A stretch of 64,000 nt of DNA, from assembly GCA_964187785.1 (NCBI GenBank), contig OZ076410.1, forward strand, positions 33,294,001 to 33,358,000, written 5' to 3'. Within the stretch, counting starts at the first letter, position 1. Every line of letters begins with the position of its first letter. The notes under the pieces were generated by a model, which saw only the letters and a list, made by a program, of their open reading frames with translations, was not told the origin of the DNA and ran no database searches. This DNA is from Amphiscolops sp. MND2022 (Eukaryota). Shown here piece after piece: positions 1 to 11,758 of the stretch. The translations under genes were made by a program, and so were the position numbers.

Positions 1-26
1 AAAGCAAGACAAAAATATTACTACCC

Positions 27-1482
27 ATGTATGGCAAATACATCAAAAAATGGGTCAGTAATTGCCAAATTTGCATCCAAACGAAACGCATCAACAATGA
101 TCTCCTTAGGACAGAACTTCTTAACTGTCCGGAATGGGATCTCGGTCCGGAAGACATTTTGCAAATGGACATTTTACCAAACCTTCCCCCTAGTGGAGGC
201 TATGACCATATTATCACAGCAATAGATGTCTTCTCAAAATACTTGTTTGCCTACCCTGTAACTCGTATTACTGCAACAGCAGTATCAAGGGTTATCATGG
301 ACATCTTATGCAAACATACATACCTTCCAACAACGATAATCACGGATTTAGGCACTCAATTCAATGCACAAGTAACTCACGAAGTTGCGGCAGTACTCGG
401 AATTGAAATGAAACACGCAACAATGAAACATGCCCAAACAATAGGACTCCTTGAGAGAACACATGCATCAGTGAAAATGCACCTAAAAGCCGCAACAGGC
501 GAATTCAGGAACAACTGGCATAAAGATCTCCCCTCGGCAGTCCTCAATCACAACACCACATACCATGCATCACTCGGTTGTGAACCTTCACGAGTCTTCC
601 ATGGTAGGATACCACACAATATCCTAGACTACAAACTTGGATACAATCCTAACCCACGATACCAACCGCAAGCAGATGTGGCGGAAGAAATTCAAAAACG
701 CATGAAAATCCTTCTGGATCAAACCAAAAAAGAACATCATGCAATCATATCTCAAAAACAAAGCTTACTATGACCGCAAAGCGAAAGCAGCTCCGCTCGA
801 AACAACGGATTACTGCTACATTCTTAACCCAAAAGCTGATACTCAAGCGACAAAAATACCATTCCGAGATTTCAGATGGTGTGGGCCATATAAAGTAGAA
901 AAAGTGCTCCCTAACAATAACTACATTGTCCGGAGACTTGGGACTAACAAAACGCAACTGCGACACAGGATTCGTCTACGGAAATTCACTCCGCAAGCGC
1001 CCTTAGCAGACATTTTTATCCGAGAAACCGATTGGCAAAAAGATGACCAAATGCCTATAACAAATGATGACCTTTATGCCCAATCATGGAACACGAACTT
1101 CGGTTCAAATCCTTTTGACGATGGTCCTTCAGAATATTCATTAAATACTGAAGACACAGAATACATTCCAATTCAAATGCCCGAAGGAAACTGCCCACCC
1201 TCCCCAGGATCTTCAAAAAATAGTGGGGGGAGCCCAATGGAACAGACCACTGAACCGGATGAAAACCATGAAAATGAAAAACCACAACAAATCATTGAAG
1301 ATGATCAAAGTACCCAAAAAACCCAAAAAGATGCAAATAATTCACTTGATGATGATACCCAAAAAACCCCAGAAAATCCACAAAATACCCCATCACAAGA
1401 AGAACCCATAAATACCCGTGGTGATAAATACAACTTACGTCCTAACCCTAACCCAAACTACTCAGACACATACAGATATTAA
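27..1482 (+). pseudogene. pol: pol C-terminus: integrase (CxxC, rve core, GPY/F module), frameshifted near 725-740
   Basis: NCQIC; GPEDILQMDILPNLP...AIDVFSKY...IITDLGTQF...GLLERTH (D,D-35-E); overlapping ORF 739-1482 continues YYDRKAKA...WCGPYKVEKV. Confidence 0.92.
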
Positions 1483-1655
1483 TGAAAACAATTCTCAGAC
1501 AAAACTTTATCTTATACTGGTTTTATACTCCCAGCATTTTTCTCTTTTCTTGCACACTCAATAATAATAAAGCAAGACAAACGAAATAAAACCATAACAA
1601 ATGTCTCCTATGAGACGAAAACAAAAGAAACAAAGTCTACAGAAGCAAGACTGCT

Positions 1656-4600
1656 TTAGTTCTTCTTAGCTTTTCCACTCGACCCTTTTGTTTTTCTGGT
1701 ACCATCATTTCCTCCGTCGGCGCAGCGGGATAGAGACACTGTAGCCTTCCCAAGAACTGGCTGAGAATCTGGGGAACTCGTAGTGCTGGATACTCCACTC
1801 AAAACAGAAACATCGGGGTCGACAGAGAAAGGATCTTCTTCTCGTCTCACAACGGCACTCTTGTATGCACTTTCTAATTTAGTCTGAAATCTGACTCGTC
1901 TTGGTCCGCTACCTTTTAAAAAGTTCCAAACAGAAAAATTGCGATCTTCCAATAAATCACGTCCTCGCCCGATAAGACGAAACACACGGCTGAGCGATCG
2001 AGGGTCTCGGAAGAGACTTGACACGTTTGGGACAGTCTTGTAGGCCAGCTGGATACTCGAAATGCATGAATGAAATACCTCTTCGTCGGGTCCCAATTCC
2101 GGCATGGGTACAACAAATTGACTAGTGATCTTCGCTTTCGGTGGCAAACACAGACAGGAATACTTAAATACCCGATGTAGCTCTGGTCGGCAATGTAATT
2201 CATAACAGGAACAAAGGAATTCAAACCAACTATCTGGCCGGCAGACCTGACTCGAACGAAATTTCGTAACCAAAGACCTGTATTGACTCACAGCCTTTGT
2301 TTTATCACTAACTGTGATCCAGCCATGGGAGGAGAAGTAGGTCGTCAGCATCTCAATCGCAGGCAGATAATTTTTCTCTTCACCATCAAGCATCATGGCA
2401 GAATCGAAACTGGATAAACATCTAATTAAATCCGAAGTCGCAATCTTATGCTGCAACAGTATTCGACAAAACGCTTTATAGAAGGCAATGGACTGTTCGA
2501 TGAATTTACTGGGCCTTGGCAGCTTGCTGGGAGTTACTAACTCATGAAAATCAGAGTTCAGAACGAATTCATCACAGCTCTTGAAAGGGAGTCCAGGCTG
2601 GGTTAAATCGAGCTTCAGATAACTGTCCCAGTCGGAAACATTGCCAAGGATACTATCTGGAAGTATACTTTGGAGCTGAGAATAAACGAATACAGCAAAC
2701 TGGTTAAACAGGCGAAATCCAGCTTCAAATCCAGTTGGTGCTTCAGAAAATGACGAGTTGTCTGTAACACAAATAGCAAAACATCCAAAAACGATAAAAG
2801 CAAAACATGAGACACACCTTGTTAGGGTGCCACCAACTCCACTACGCTGATAGTACGGCATATACTTATAGCATATGCGGCATCCTACGGTTTTAGCTGT
2901 TTTACGATCTACCCTTCACCAAAATACGCGGCATCATGCGGAAACAGGGGCGCCGCATACGCGGTATCATGCGGAAAAAGGGTGACGTATATACGGCATC
3001 CCGCGGCTTTGGTGTGTTATTCAGAGAAGCAATTCCTAATGATAATCGCAAGTCACAGCTGCGCAAAGAAATTACAACGAAAAGCCATACTACTGATATA
3101 AAAGCACAATGAAAACAAGTGATAAAAGAATACTAACAGTGATCCAAAACACAGCGAATGACGAAAAGCCGGGCCAGGTACGCCGTATCGAGCCGGAAAC
3201 ATTCGTCTAACGTACTGGGCTAAAAAACCGAAAAGGTTAATCAACAAATTGGTTAATCAACAAATTGGCTACAAAAGGAACCCGAAAACGAAATATTACC
3301 TCACGCATGTGGTAACGGAAGGTCGGTAACCGGGAAACCCGATACAGGTGATCCAACACCCTGTCCCAGTGTGCAGATAACAGGGCTATGATGGATGAGG
3401 CCTCCTCTAGAGTGTATGTTAAGTGTGTTACGCACTAAAAAGAGGGGTACCATGACGCTAGAAGTTGAAAGTGCATTTTGAGACAAAGTAAAACCGAAAA
3501 GTGTACCTTGTGTAATACGGGTATTGACTGCAACCACTCCTGGTCCAACGCGGTTCTCAGTTTCATGAGAAAGAAATCCAATATCGTCCTGAAGTCGTGT
3601 CGCTCAAGAATCCGGGATGTTGGCATGGATAAACATTTTTCTAACTCAGTAACTCCAAACCAATTGACAATCATTGGGCAAGTTTTCCCTGACAGTGACC
3701 GAGTAAGGCAAGTTGCTAACCTCTCATCAAAATTAACGAGGCTAAGGCAAGACGGTGGATTCTCTGACAAGCTGAAGTAAGACGAGAGCAAGGAAAGAAG
3801 TCTTTTGGGTAACAATAACCCGCGGGGCCCAGACCCGAGACTAACTTGGTAATAGACGTTCCCAGACCAGAAACTCAGGAAGAGGAAATTTTTGGTAAGA
3901 GAACTCTCATAAGATAGAGAACAAACTCCAGCTGTCCCAGTAGTCACGACACAATAATGCATTAGCTCGCGGAACATATATGTAACGATGGCCTAAACAG
4001 AAGGATAGAATTGTAACCCTCAAAGCATGAGTAGAATAAAAGGGGAATAGAAAAGTACTTACATAAATGCGATGTTGACTCCATTTGTGAGTGGTGATTT
4101 GGGCACTGCTGCCTGGAGATAATCTTGTCATGTCCTCCCAGAGTCCGAGCAGGACATTTATGTGTCCACCATGGCGGAATCCATTCTCGAGAATGCAGAT
4201 TTGAGCCAGAACACTCTCACTCGGGCTGGTAACAGAACTGAATTCAGGCAACCGCTCTTGCCCGACTAATAAACGGCACCCATCTAATTGAGGAGCGATT
4301 GGATGTGCTTCTCTAGCTCTTCGTTTCGCTTCTTGCAGTCCTATTCCCCGCAGTTCATTTTCTTCTTGGTCGAATAGAGGTAACCCAGGAGTTTCTAAGC
4401 GGATCCTATGTTCCTTCGTCAAATGAGCTTCAGTTTTGTAATGAGACAATAATTCCAAAACCCCTCCGCTCATCAAAGACAGCTCTATCTTGCAAACTCG
4501 ACACCACCATTTGTATGGGTTTTTGTTTCTGTCGAGTGGTCCAGTGGCAAAATATTGGACGACAGGATGTTTCTTCAACATGGCTGAAGTTAACGAGTAC

Positions 4601-5383
4601 TTTGGTCTTCGTCTTTTGCCCCGTGCCAACGGAAGTTCTTCAGAACTGGAATGGGGACGCAAATCATCGGGAGGATGTTCTGTTGTTTCACCCTGACTGG
4701 TACTTGTACATCTTGAACTGGTGAGTTCTGAGCCTGCCCAACAACAGTGAGAGTAATGTTTTCTGGAACGTTACGATCTCCCCTCACTAGGGCAGTTTTC
4801 GGGATCTTATCCAATACGCTTGAAAGCGCTAAAACTTCTTGCCGCGTGACAGTAACTTGTTGTATTGTTTCTTCTTCGGGTTCAACACTGTCTCTGGCAT
4901 GTAAGGTACCAGGAATATCTTCATTGGACTCAGGCAGCTCTTCGTCTCTTTCTCTATTTTCCCCTCCTGCCGGGTCAGTCGGCGGATTTCCTTTAGAAGA
5001 AGTATGGGGTTGACCAATATCGGGCCTATCCAACTTTGAACTAGAGGTAGTTGCATCTCGGACCATGTTTATGAATTCTGTGAAACGAGGACAGTTGGTG
5101 GTAAAAGTAACCTGTGGCAGTTCTTCAACGTTCGGCTCAGTGGTGGTTGCCAAAGTCTGATCGTTGTCTTCAGTCACAGTAACATTCTTGTCGGACAAGT
5201 CAATTTCTTCAATGGGTATCTCTGAAGAACCATTAGTAGTATCGTGGATCAAAAGTTGACCTGACCCTGCGGATTCATTTAAACTTGTGGCGAGAACACG
5301 CTCAATCCCTTCGTTACTTCCTGTGGAAGTTTCCTGGATTGGTAAATCTTCGGGAGGATTCTGAGTTGTTGGTGACACAGCTT
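1656..5383 (-). CDS. Spliced antisense gene of element A; degenerate hAT-transposase-like protein (C-x2-C-x16-H-x5-H finger, dead catalytic core, basic tail). Exons ~5383-4063 (one frameshift at ~4600-4770), 3992-3507, 3434-3300, 3219-3138, 2761-1656; 5' end unresolved
   Basis: Four GT..AG introns (4062-3993, 3506-3435, 3299-3220, 3137-2762) are all phase-compatible; WCRVCKIELSLMSGGVLELLSHYKTEAH; homologous to the gene at 21889-26177. Confidence 0.75.
2874..3010. repeat. Cluster 1 of a degenerate TAYGCGGYAYYATGCGGAA motif, ~33-bp period, inside the last intron of the antisense gene
   Basis: catatgcggcatcc, aatacgcggcatcatgcggaa, catacgcggtatcatgcggaa, tatacggcatcccgcgg. Confidence 0.7.
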
Positions 5384-6267
5384 CTAGAGGTGTATAAACT
5401 TTTGTCGGTGATCGTGCTGGTGAAGTTTGAGTCGCTCCCAGGTCAACTGAAACAAGTTCAAATGCTTAAAGCGGAAGCGAAGGCAAAAGAATTACAGGAA
5501 GTAGCATTTGAATTAACTCTGAAACCGGACGCGGTTAAAGATCACAAAGCTACTTCCGCCCCAAAAAATCAACGTGTGACAAAATTATTTTCACACTAAA
5601 ATTAAACAAATCGACTATTGTGAATTAGTTACTTCATTTTGCAAGTCTGGCCAGCTTTGCACGATGATCCCTCAACCAAAACAAATTCTACTATAAATCA
5701 AAACTCAAAACAAAAGTTGAACCAACCTGGAGACGTCTTTGTAGGAGATTTGTATCCCCACGATCCTGGCACTCGTCTTGAAATTTGATCCTTTCTGGAT
5801 TTTTACCGACTAGTAGATTCCATCCCGAATGAAGGATAACAACGATACAAAACAATGAGCAGTAATCCGACGCAGAATAAGGAAGCACAATTTTAACGAA
5901 AGTTTAGAAGAAGTTTCGGGAGTGCAGTATTCAAGATAAAATTGTTGAAGAAACTGACTATGACTACGACTATACTTTTTCCAAGAATAAGCTGAAAAGA
6001 CTGTAATCGAAGAGTTGAAAGAAATGCTTAATTCACAAGAAATTGAAAAGGCGTGGCGTACAAGTAAAGGCAAAAGAGCAAAATGTGACAGATATCGTAC
6101 ACGGAAATAGAGCGGTTCTCAAATCTGATTGGTCGATTAAATGTCAATCACTTCTGCCAGAGTGAAAGATAACATAATTTACGTATACGACTGACTCATC
6201 AACCATTCTCATTACAAGCGAGAGTGAACAAAGAGCACATGGCTTTTATACAGTATTGTAATATATT

Positions 6268-6392
6268 ATATGCGGCATTGTGCGGAATTACGAGTGCCGA
6301 GCATACGGCATCATACAGAATTATGAATGCCGTGTACGCGGCACCATGCGGAATCACAAGATGTTGGATATACGGTACCATGCGGAATTGCA
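6268..6392. repeat. Cluster 2 of the same motif, between the antisense gene and the 3' LTR
   Basis: tatatgcggcattgtgcggaa, catacggcatcatacagaa, gtacgcggcaccatgcggaa, tatacggtaccatgcggaa. Confidence 0.7.
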
Positions 6393-7305
6393 TTTTCCAG
6401 CGGACAGTGAAGAAAGAAACAATCAATGACGAAATTACGTAATAGTATGCATTATTGACTACACAAAGTCAAATAATACTACGCGGCAAGATGTGCAGTA
6501 CATGTGATTAAAACAAACTTATTCTCACCAAATAGTGAACTATTAGGCAATGATCATTATTTGATGTACGGAAACATGAATTTGCCTTCGGATGTGAAAA
6601 CTGAATTTACCAGGATATATGATCACTCGTTACGTGGCAACGTCAAATGCTAATCTTTTGTGAAATTTAAAATGAGTGAAAAATTGTTAGATATAACTCC
6701 CCTGTGCACGTTTTAAGTGCAGGACTGATGAAAGTGTGAATGTATTAGATGGACGAACTCATATTTTAATATTTGATACATCTGTTTGAAACTTTTCCCT
6801 GAAACATTTTCATTATTTTCTCTCAACTCAGTCATGTAATATTGGATGAATTAATCCTGTTCAAAACAAAATGAATAATTATTTCACTGTAAACCTAATT
6901 TACCTTCCTAAATAGGAAGAAAATTGTTGATAAATCATTTAAATCATCAACTCAGTGAGATAGTGAGCAGCAAGAGGTGTGATATTACAAGGTGAAACCG
7001 AGAAAACACTTGAAATCGAATTGTTTACACCTCATTGATGGATACAGACCAAACTCATCTCTTTGAAATATCCGACTATATTTCCTTAAAACCCATATAA
7101 GGGTATCAGATAAGATAGAAATCATGACGCTCAGCATTTCCGCGGGAATCATTGGAAACAACTGGTATTTATGGGACAACTACCATAAGGTCTCATTAGA
7201 AAATTAGAATCAGAAGCTCATCTGAAATAAACCTCAACCGAGATAATCCAAAACAATAAAGCTCGTAATTTTCATTCTTCAAAACTATCTAATCACACGA
7301 TACCT

Positions 7306-8355
7306 ATGGAGAATCTACAATTCAATCTTGAGGAAGAATTGGTGCTACCTTCTCTTTCCCCCGTCATAATTGACGTCTCAAGTGACTCTGGAGATGAATT
7401 TATTGTCCACCCTGGGGACGTTTCGGAGTTAGAAGATCGATTCAGGCCTGGCGGCCCCCGATCTGATGTCATGACCGCCTTTATGGGAGCAGCGACAGCT
7501 TCCCTTTTCCCTACTTCAACAAGTGGATCAAGAGAAGACGAAGTAATCGACATTTCTGGAACAAGAATTGAGCGCCAGTTAGTGGACTTGATGGAAGAAG
7601 ATCAACATATATACGAATCCCCTTCTACCTCATTCATCGACACTGAACTACAAGATTCTCCAATGTCACCTTGGGAACCCCAAGTTAGGGAGGAAGGCTC
7701 GACAAACAGCTATGGGAGACCAACAGCAGCTATTTTACCAACGCCCCGGGACAATCCTCAAAGGAGCGTACCAGTGGACAGGCCAACTGCAACCTACCCT
7801 CCGAATTTCGTGGCTAATGCAAGCCATTTCCAAATGCTACAACCCAATATCTTCAATAACCATCATCAAACAGTCTACCCGAGTAACTATAACCAACAGG
7901 AAATGACAGCCCCTACTCCAGTGGACAATATGGTAGTCTACAACAACGCCCCATTGATGATACAGATACCCCCAAATAGTGGAAGAATGGATATGCATCA
8001 GCAAGCCCAAGTGGTCAATAACCAGCAGGTATTTAATTTCCCTTTTCATGTGGGACATAGTACCAATTTGCTACTTATCCCAACTAGTGAAAGACAGATG
8101 CACAGATTGTTCCCCACCGTGATGCCAAATGTAGCAGGCTTTTGCGATTGGTGCGGGAAGTGCTACGATCAAATAGCATTGGAAATTTTGGGCGAATATT
8201 CAATAGCAACCGCCTACGACACCGAGACAGTAAGGGACCGTGGGGTAAGATCCCGTGCTTTCATAGATGGTTTTGAAGCTGCCCTATTCTCGTTTAAAAG
8301 TGCAGGACTGTCACAACCCCACAGTTGTGCTGGAGCTGTTGGGCAACAACCCTAA
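7306..8355 (+). CDS. Intact 349-aa ORF of unknown function inside the LTR (disordered N-terminus; C-terminal FCDWCGKC + helical segment)
   Basis: ATG-to-stop ORF without disruption; no family recognised. Confidence 0.6.
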   Translation: MENLQFNLEEELVLPSLSPVIIDVSSDSGDEFIVHPGDVSELEDRFRPGGPRSDVMTAFMGAATASLFPTSTSGSREDEVIDISGTRIERQLVDLMEEDQHIYESPSTSFIDTELQDSPMSPWEPQVREEGSTNSYGRPTAAILPTPRDNPQRSVPVDRPTATYPPNFVANASHFQMLQPNIFNNHHQTVYPSNYNQQEMTAPTPVDNMVVYNNAPLMIQIPPNSGRMDMHQQAQVVNNQQVFNFPFHVGHSTNLLLIPTSERQMHRLFPTVMPNVAGFCDWCGKCYDQIALEILGEYSIATAYDTETVRDRGVRSRAFIDGFEAALFSFKSAGLSQPHSCAGAVGQQP

Positions 8356-8687
8356 ACGAGAATACATAGTCATCTCCAAAAGAACCCTAAAACAACTCGA
8401 GGACTTGAAACTCTTAAACACTCTTAACTTTCTTTTTGTTATTTATGTTGATTTAATTTTCAGATGATACTCTGAAAATGTCGTGCAAACTTTCAATCTT
8501 ATAGTTTGATGTTTACGCTTTGACAAATACCTTAAACATTGATGCTTTCATTTTGTTGACATGAATGAACATATGCACTCATTAACTTCGGAGCTAGAAT
8601 AACGTGATGTCTTTTTTGAACTAATTTTGTGGACGTAACGCCATTAGCACTTTACTGTGTGAGTTTAGTAACGATGAGTATGCGTCA

Positions 8688-8823
8688 TTATGCGGTAATC
8701 CGGGTAACGCATATGCGGTACCATGCGGATTCTAACTTATAACATGTTTTATTGGTGCTTTTAATAAGCTTTGATCATACGTCACTATGCGGAAAACAGA
8801 ATGACGTATATGCGGCATTCGGA
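8688..8823. repeat. Cluster 3 of the ATGCGG motif, inside LTR A
   Basis: tatgcgtcattatgcggtaa, catatgcggtaccatgcgga, catacgtcactatgcggaa, tatatgcggcattcgg. Confidence 0.65.
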
Positions 8824-9180
8824 AGTTTCCCAGGGACTTGTTGCTTTAGCATAGTTAGATTATTGGAAGTCATGCAATTACTATTTGAAAGTTATAAATA
8901 GAATTATGTCACCCTGACGTAAGTCTATTTATAGTATTTTTGGATTGATGACAACCCTAAATCTGAGTGTCATGCTTTGTGATTTTTCATTTGAAAAGGT
9001 GCATTTTACTTTAGTTGAAATATAACTGGTACCAGAGACAGTTGCTCTAGAACAGTAAACCCAAACATTGTAAAAGCAGTTTCCTTGATAACTCTTTGTT
9101 TCACCCGAATTGTTTTCACAACTTTGACGAATAAATTCAAATTCTTTCTGCACTCCAACCCAATTTTCCTCTTGAGCAAG

Positions 9181-9870
9181 ATGGGAAATAGAAGAAATCG
9201 AAGGTCCAGAAGGTTAGAAACTCCATTCCCGGAGAGGGAAACCAGCGAAGTACGCATAGAAACTCCAAGTCAAGGTAATGAAACTCTAACTAATGTTAAT
9301 TTACAAAGTCAAGAAAGTTTAGGTGAAACTGATTTGAGACCCAGACTAGTTGAACCCAGCCAAGTCAGTAATGAAATTCAAGCTTGGACCGAGATTTTTG
9401 AACAGAAAAACAACGATAGAATCACTAAAATGAGAGAAGAAATGGAGAACAAATTAGACGCGATTCTAATGGAGATAAAAACCAGTAAAAGCACATCTAT
9501 GACAACTAATCCTAGATCTGAGATGAATGAAATAGAAAGCATGCAACCATCGGGATCCAAGGGTAAAAGGTCTATGGGAGTAAACGCATCTGATAACGAA
9601 AGTGTAGACTCTGAAAACGAAGATATCCCCCTCAAAGCCTCAGAAATGAGAGATTTAAGGCATCCCGCTAAACCTATACACCAAAGTGACACAACATTAG
9701 ATGCAACAGTTATCTTTAACGAAGAATCCGATGAGGAGGATTATCACACGCTACTATGTCACTATGACCGTTTGTGTCAGAAGAAGAATGTAAAGTGTTC
9801 GGATTACTTTACCGAAGACTTCATCAAAAGTGCAGCCTGTAACTATAGACACTGGACACAAGAACAGTAG
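9181..9870 (+). CDS. LTR-encoded ORF1/gag leader (MGNRRNRRSRR...coiled coil...EEDYH) running out of the 3' LTR into flanking DNA
   Basis: ATG at 9181; frame crosses the LTR end at 9748; same architecture as the gag leader in LTRs of element C. Confidence 0.6.
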   Translation: MGNRRNRRSRRLETPFPERETSEVRIETPSQGNETLTNVNLQSQESLGETDLRPRLVEPSQVSNEIQAWTEIFEQKNNDRITKMREEMENKLDAILMEIKTSKSTSMTTNPRSEMNEIESMQPSGSKGKRSMGVNASDNESVDSENEDIPLKASEMRDLRHPAKPIHQSDTTLDATVIFNEESDEEDYHTLLCHYDRLCQKKNVKCSDYFTEDFIKSAACNYRHWTQEQ

Positions 9871-9931
9871 AAACTCTGCGTTTTTTGTACAACTATACTA
9901 CAGTTGCACAAAAAAACGCAGAGTTTCTACT
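9866..9931. repeat. Near-perfect 29/30-bp inverted repeat (hairpin), 7-nt loop; possibly the end of a non-autonomous DNA element
   Basis: agtagaaactctgcgttttttgtacaact / agttgcacaaaaaaacgcagagtttctact. Confidence 0.7.
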
Positions 9932-11758
9932 AGTAGACAAAATCGGTTTTTTTGTCAAAATGCGTCTCTGGGAAGTGTGAAAGTAGCAACCTGAAAACTA
10001 CCTGAAGCGACCTGCAAACTACGCATTAAGTAATTCACCAGCTGAATCGTAGGGAAATAACTGCCGATTGTTTCAAAACTGACTGTACTTGAGTTGCTTC
10101 ATGCTAACACAGTTTTCTCAACAACGTTAATTCCTTTCAACTGGGAGTTAACAGGCTGCTAGAAACGTTTACATCAACGAAATGGCTAAATCAGCGGAAA
10201 TTATAAAGTTCCAGGCACAAATGAATAGCTGAAGTGTAGTGTGATTATCTACAATTTCGGCCATAATTAAGAGATGAAAGCCTCGCCAAAATTTTAACCA
10301 GCGAGATATTCTATACACTGTATAAAAATATAACGAAGTATCTGAGTCACACTCAAAAAAGTCTCTCTAAGCCTTTGGATTTTCTTTTGACCTAATTCCA
10401 AAAGTCCTTACATCCCTTTGAGCCTTTAATTTCAACTTTATAAGTTAATATTTGGCACAAAGTCACTTTCAGACAATCCTGAGTGTTCATCTGCAGAATA
10501 CATTTATTATTCCGACACCGCTGCGAATCACTACTCTGTTTTTTAATGGATTTTCGCAGGCATATTCCAAGAAAAAATGTTCAGGTAGCAAAAATTGAAA
10601 ATCTATTTCAGGTACTAAAATTGTCAAAGCCAACAAGAATTTATGATCTGTCATAGTCCTGCGTCTGAAATCAATACTTTGCACTAGACCATCAAGAAAA
10701 TCCTGCACGTGTACTCACACCTTGTTCAGCTCGACGTCCTTCCAAGGAACGAAAATCTAAAGACATAGAGCTTCCCCGTAATCCAGGCTTTCCGTTTTAT
10801 CACACTTCAAAGAAAAGTGGAAATCAACTTCCTACCCAAGTCATGATTCTACATTCCTTCTTCTTCAGTTTCCGCCAATTCGAGACGCCGAGCCAAAGTT
10901 GAAACTGAAGTATTTCAACTTAGCTGAATGACACAGAAAAAAGAACGTGTTTACATCGCGATTGTAAACAAGCTGAAATACTTAACGACCAATAATATGA
11001 CAAAAATTATTAAACTGCACTCGATAAGAGATGATAAGACAAGCGATAGATAAAGATTGTAGAAAGATTATACAAATCATTGCGAAATACAAAACCAATT
11101 TCATTTCGTAAGCCTGTTGTACGTTCTCAAATTATGTTTTCTGTTGCAACCTTCCAGTACAAGTTCAAAATGTAGGAAACTTCCAACAAACAACCAATAA
11201 GGCAATAAATAACAAAGCTGTACTTTATTCGGCAAAGTGATGAAACTTCACTAAATATAACCCAATATATTTGTATACGTCACATGAATTTATGGTTTAA
11301 CCAAGATATTCATTTTAACTGGTTTTATCCTTGGGAATTACTATAGTTTCTATAATTTAAAACTGCACGTAAATTGGGGAAGTGTTATTGTTTTGATCTT
11401 ATCTTTTATTTCAGCATCGTTTATTAACATCTCGGGTGAATTTTGATCATTGGATTACCAAAAAAGCACATTGAATGGTTGGGTATTGTAAAAAAAGTAT
11501 TAAGTCAGCGTGATAGTTGACCAGGCCGTCGACTCAAATTTAGCTCTCTGGAAGGATTCCTTAGACGTCTAATATTCGGTTGAAATCATTCGACTGGCTC
11601 GATTATGATTGTCAGATTGCTATCCAACTACCAGTGATAAAACACGGATGTGTCAATGAGGCAACACTCCAGTCAGCGTGCTTATTGTTTAGTTTACGCT
11701 GGCTGTTTGACCAGTAAATGACTATGTCCCTTTACTGTATTATCTATAATATTACATA

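Larger units (their letters stand above)
1..9748 (+). mobile_element. Element A: 3' portion of a Ty3/Gypsy LTR retrotransposon (integrase, antisense accessory gene, 3' LTR); 5' part lies outside the window
   Basis: Integrase at 27-1482; purine-rich tract followed by TGTGATA at 6978; matching TATCACA at 9742-9748. Confidence 0.85.
6978..9748 (+). repeat. 3' LTR of element A (~2.77 kb)
   Basis: Perfect 7-bp terminal inverted repeat TGTGATA...TATCACA; preceded by purine-rich agcaagagg; contains an ORF1-leader-like frame ending exactly at the terminal CA. Confidence 0.75.

Noticed and set aside
3235-3266. 16-bp tandem duplication in element A
   Set aside because: It falls inside a predicted intron, so no coding consequence
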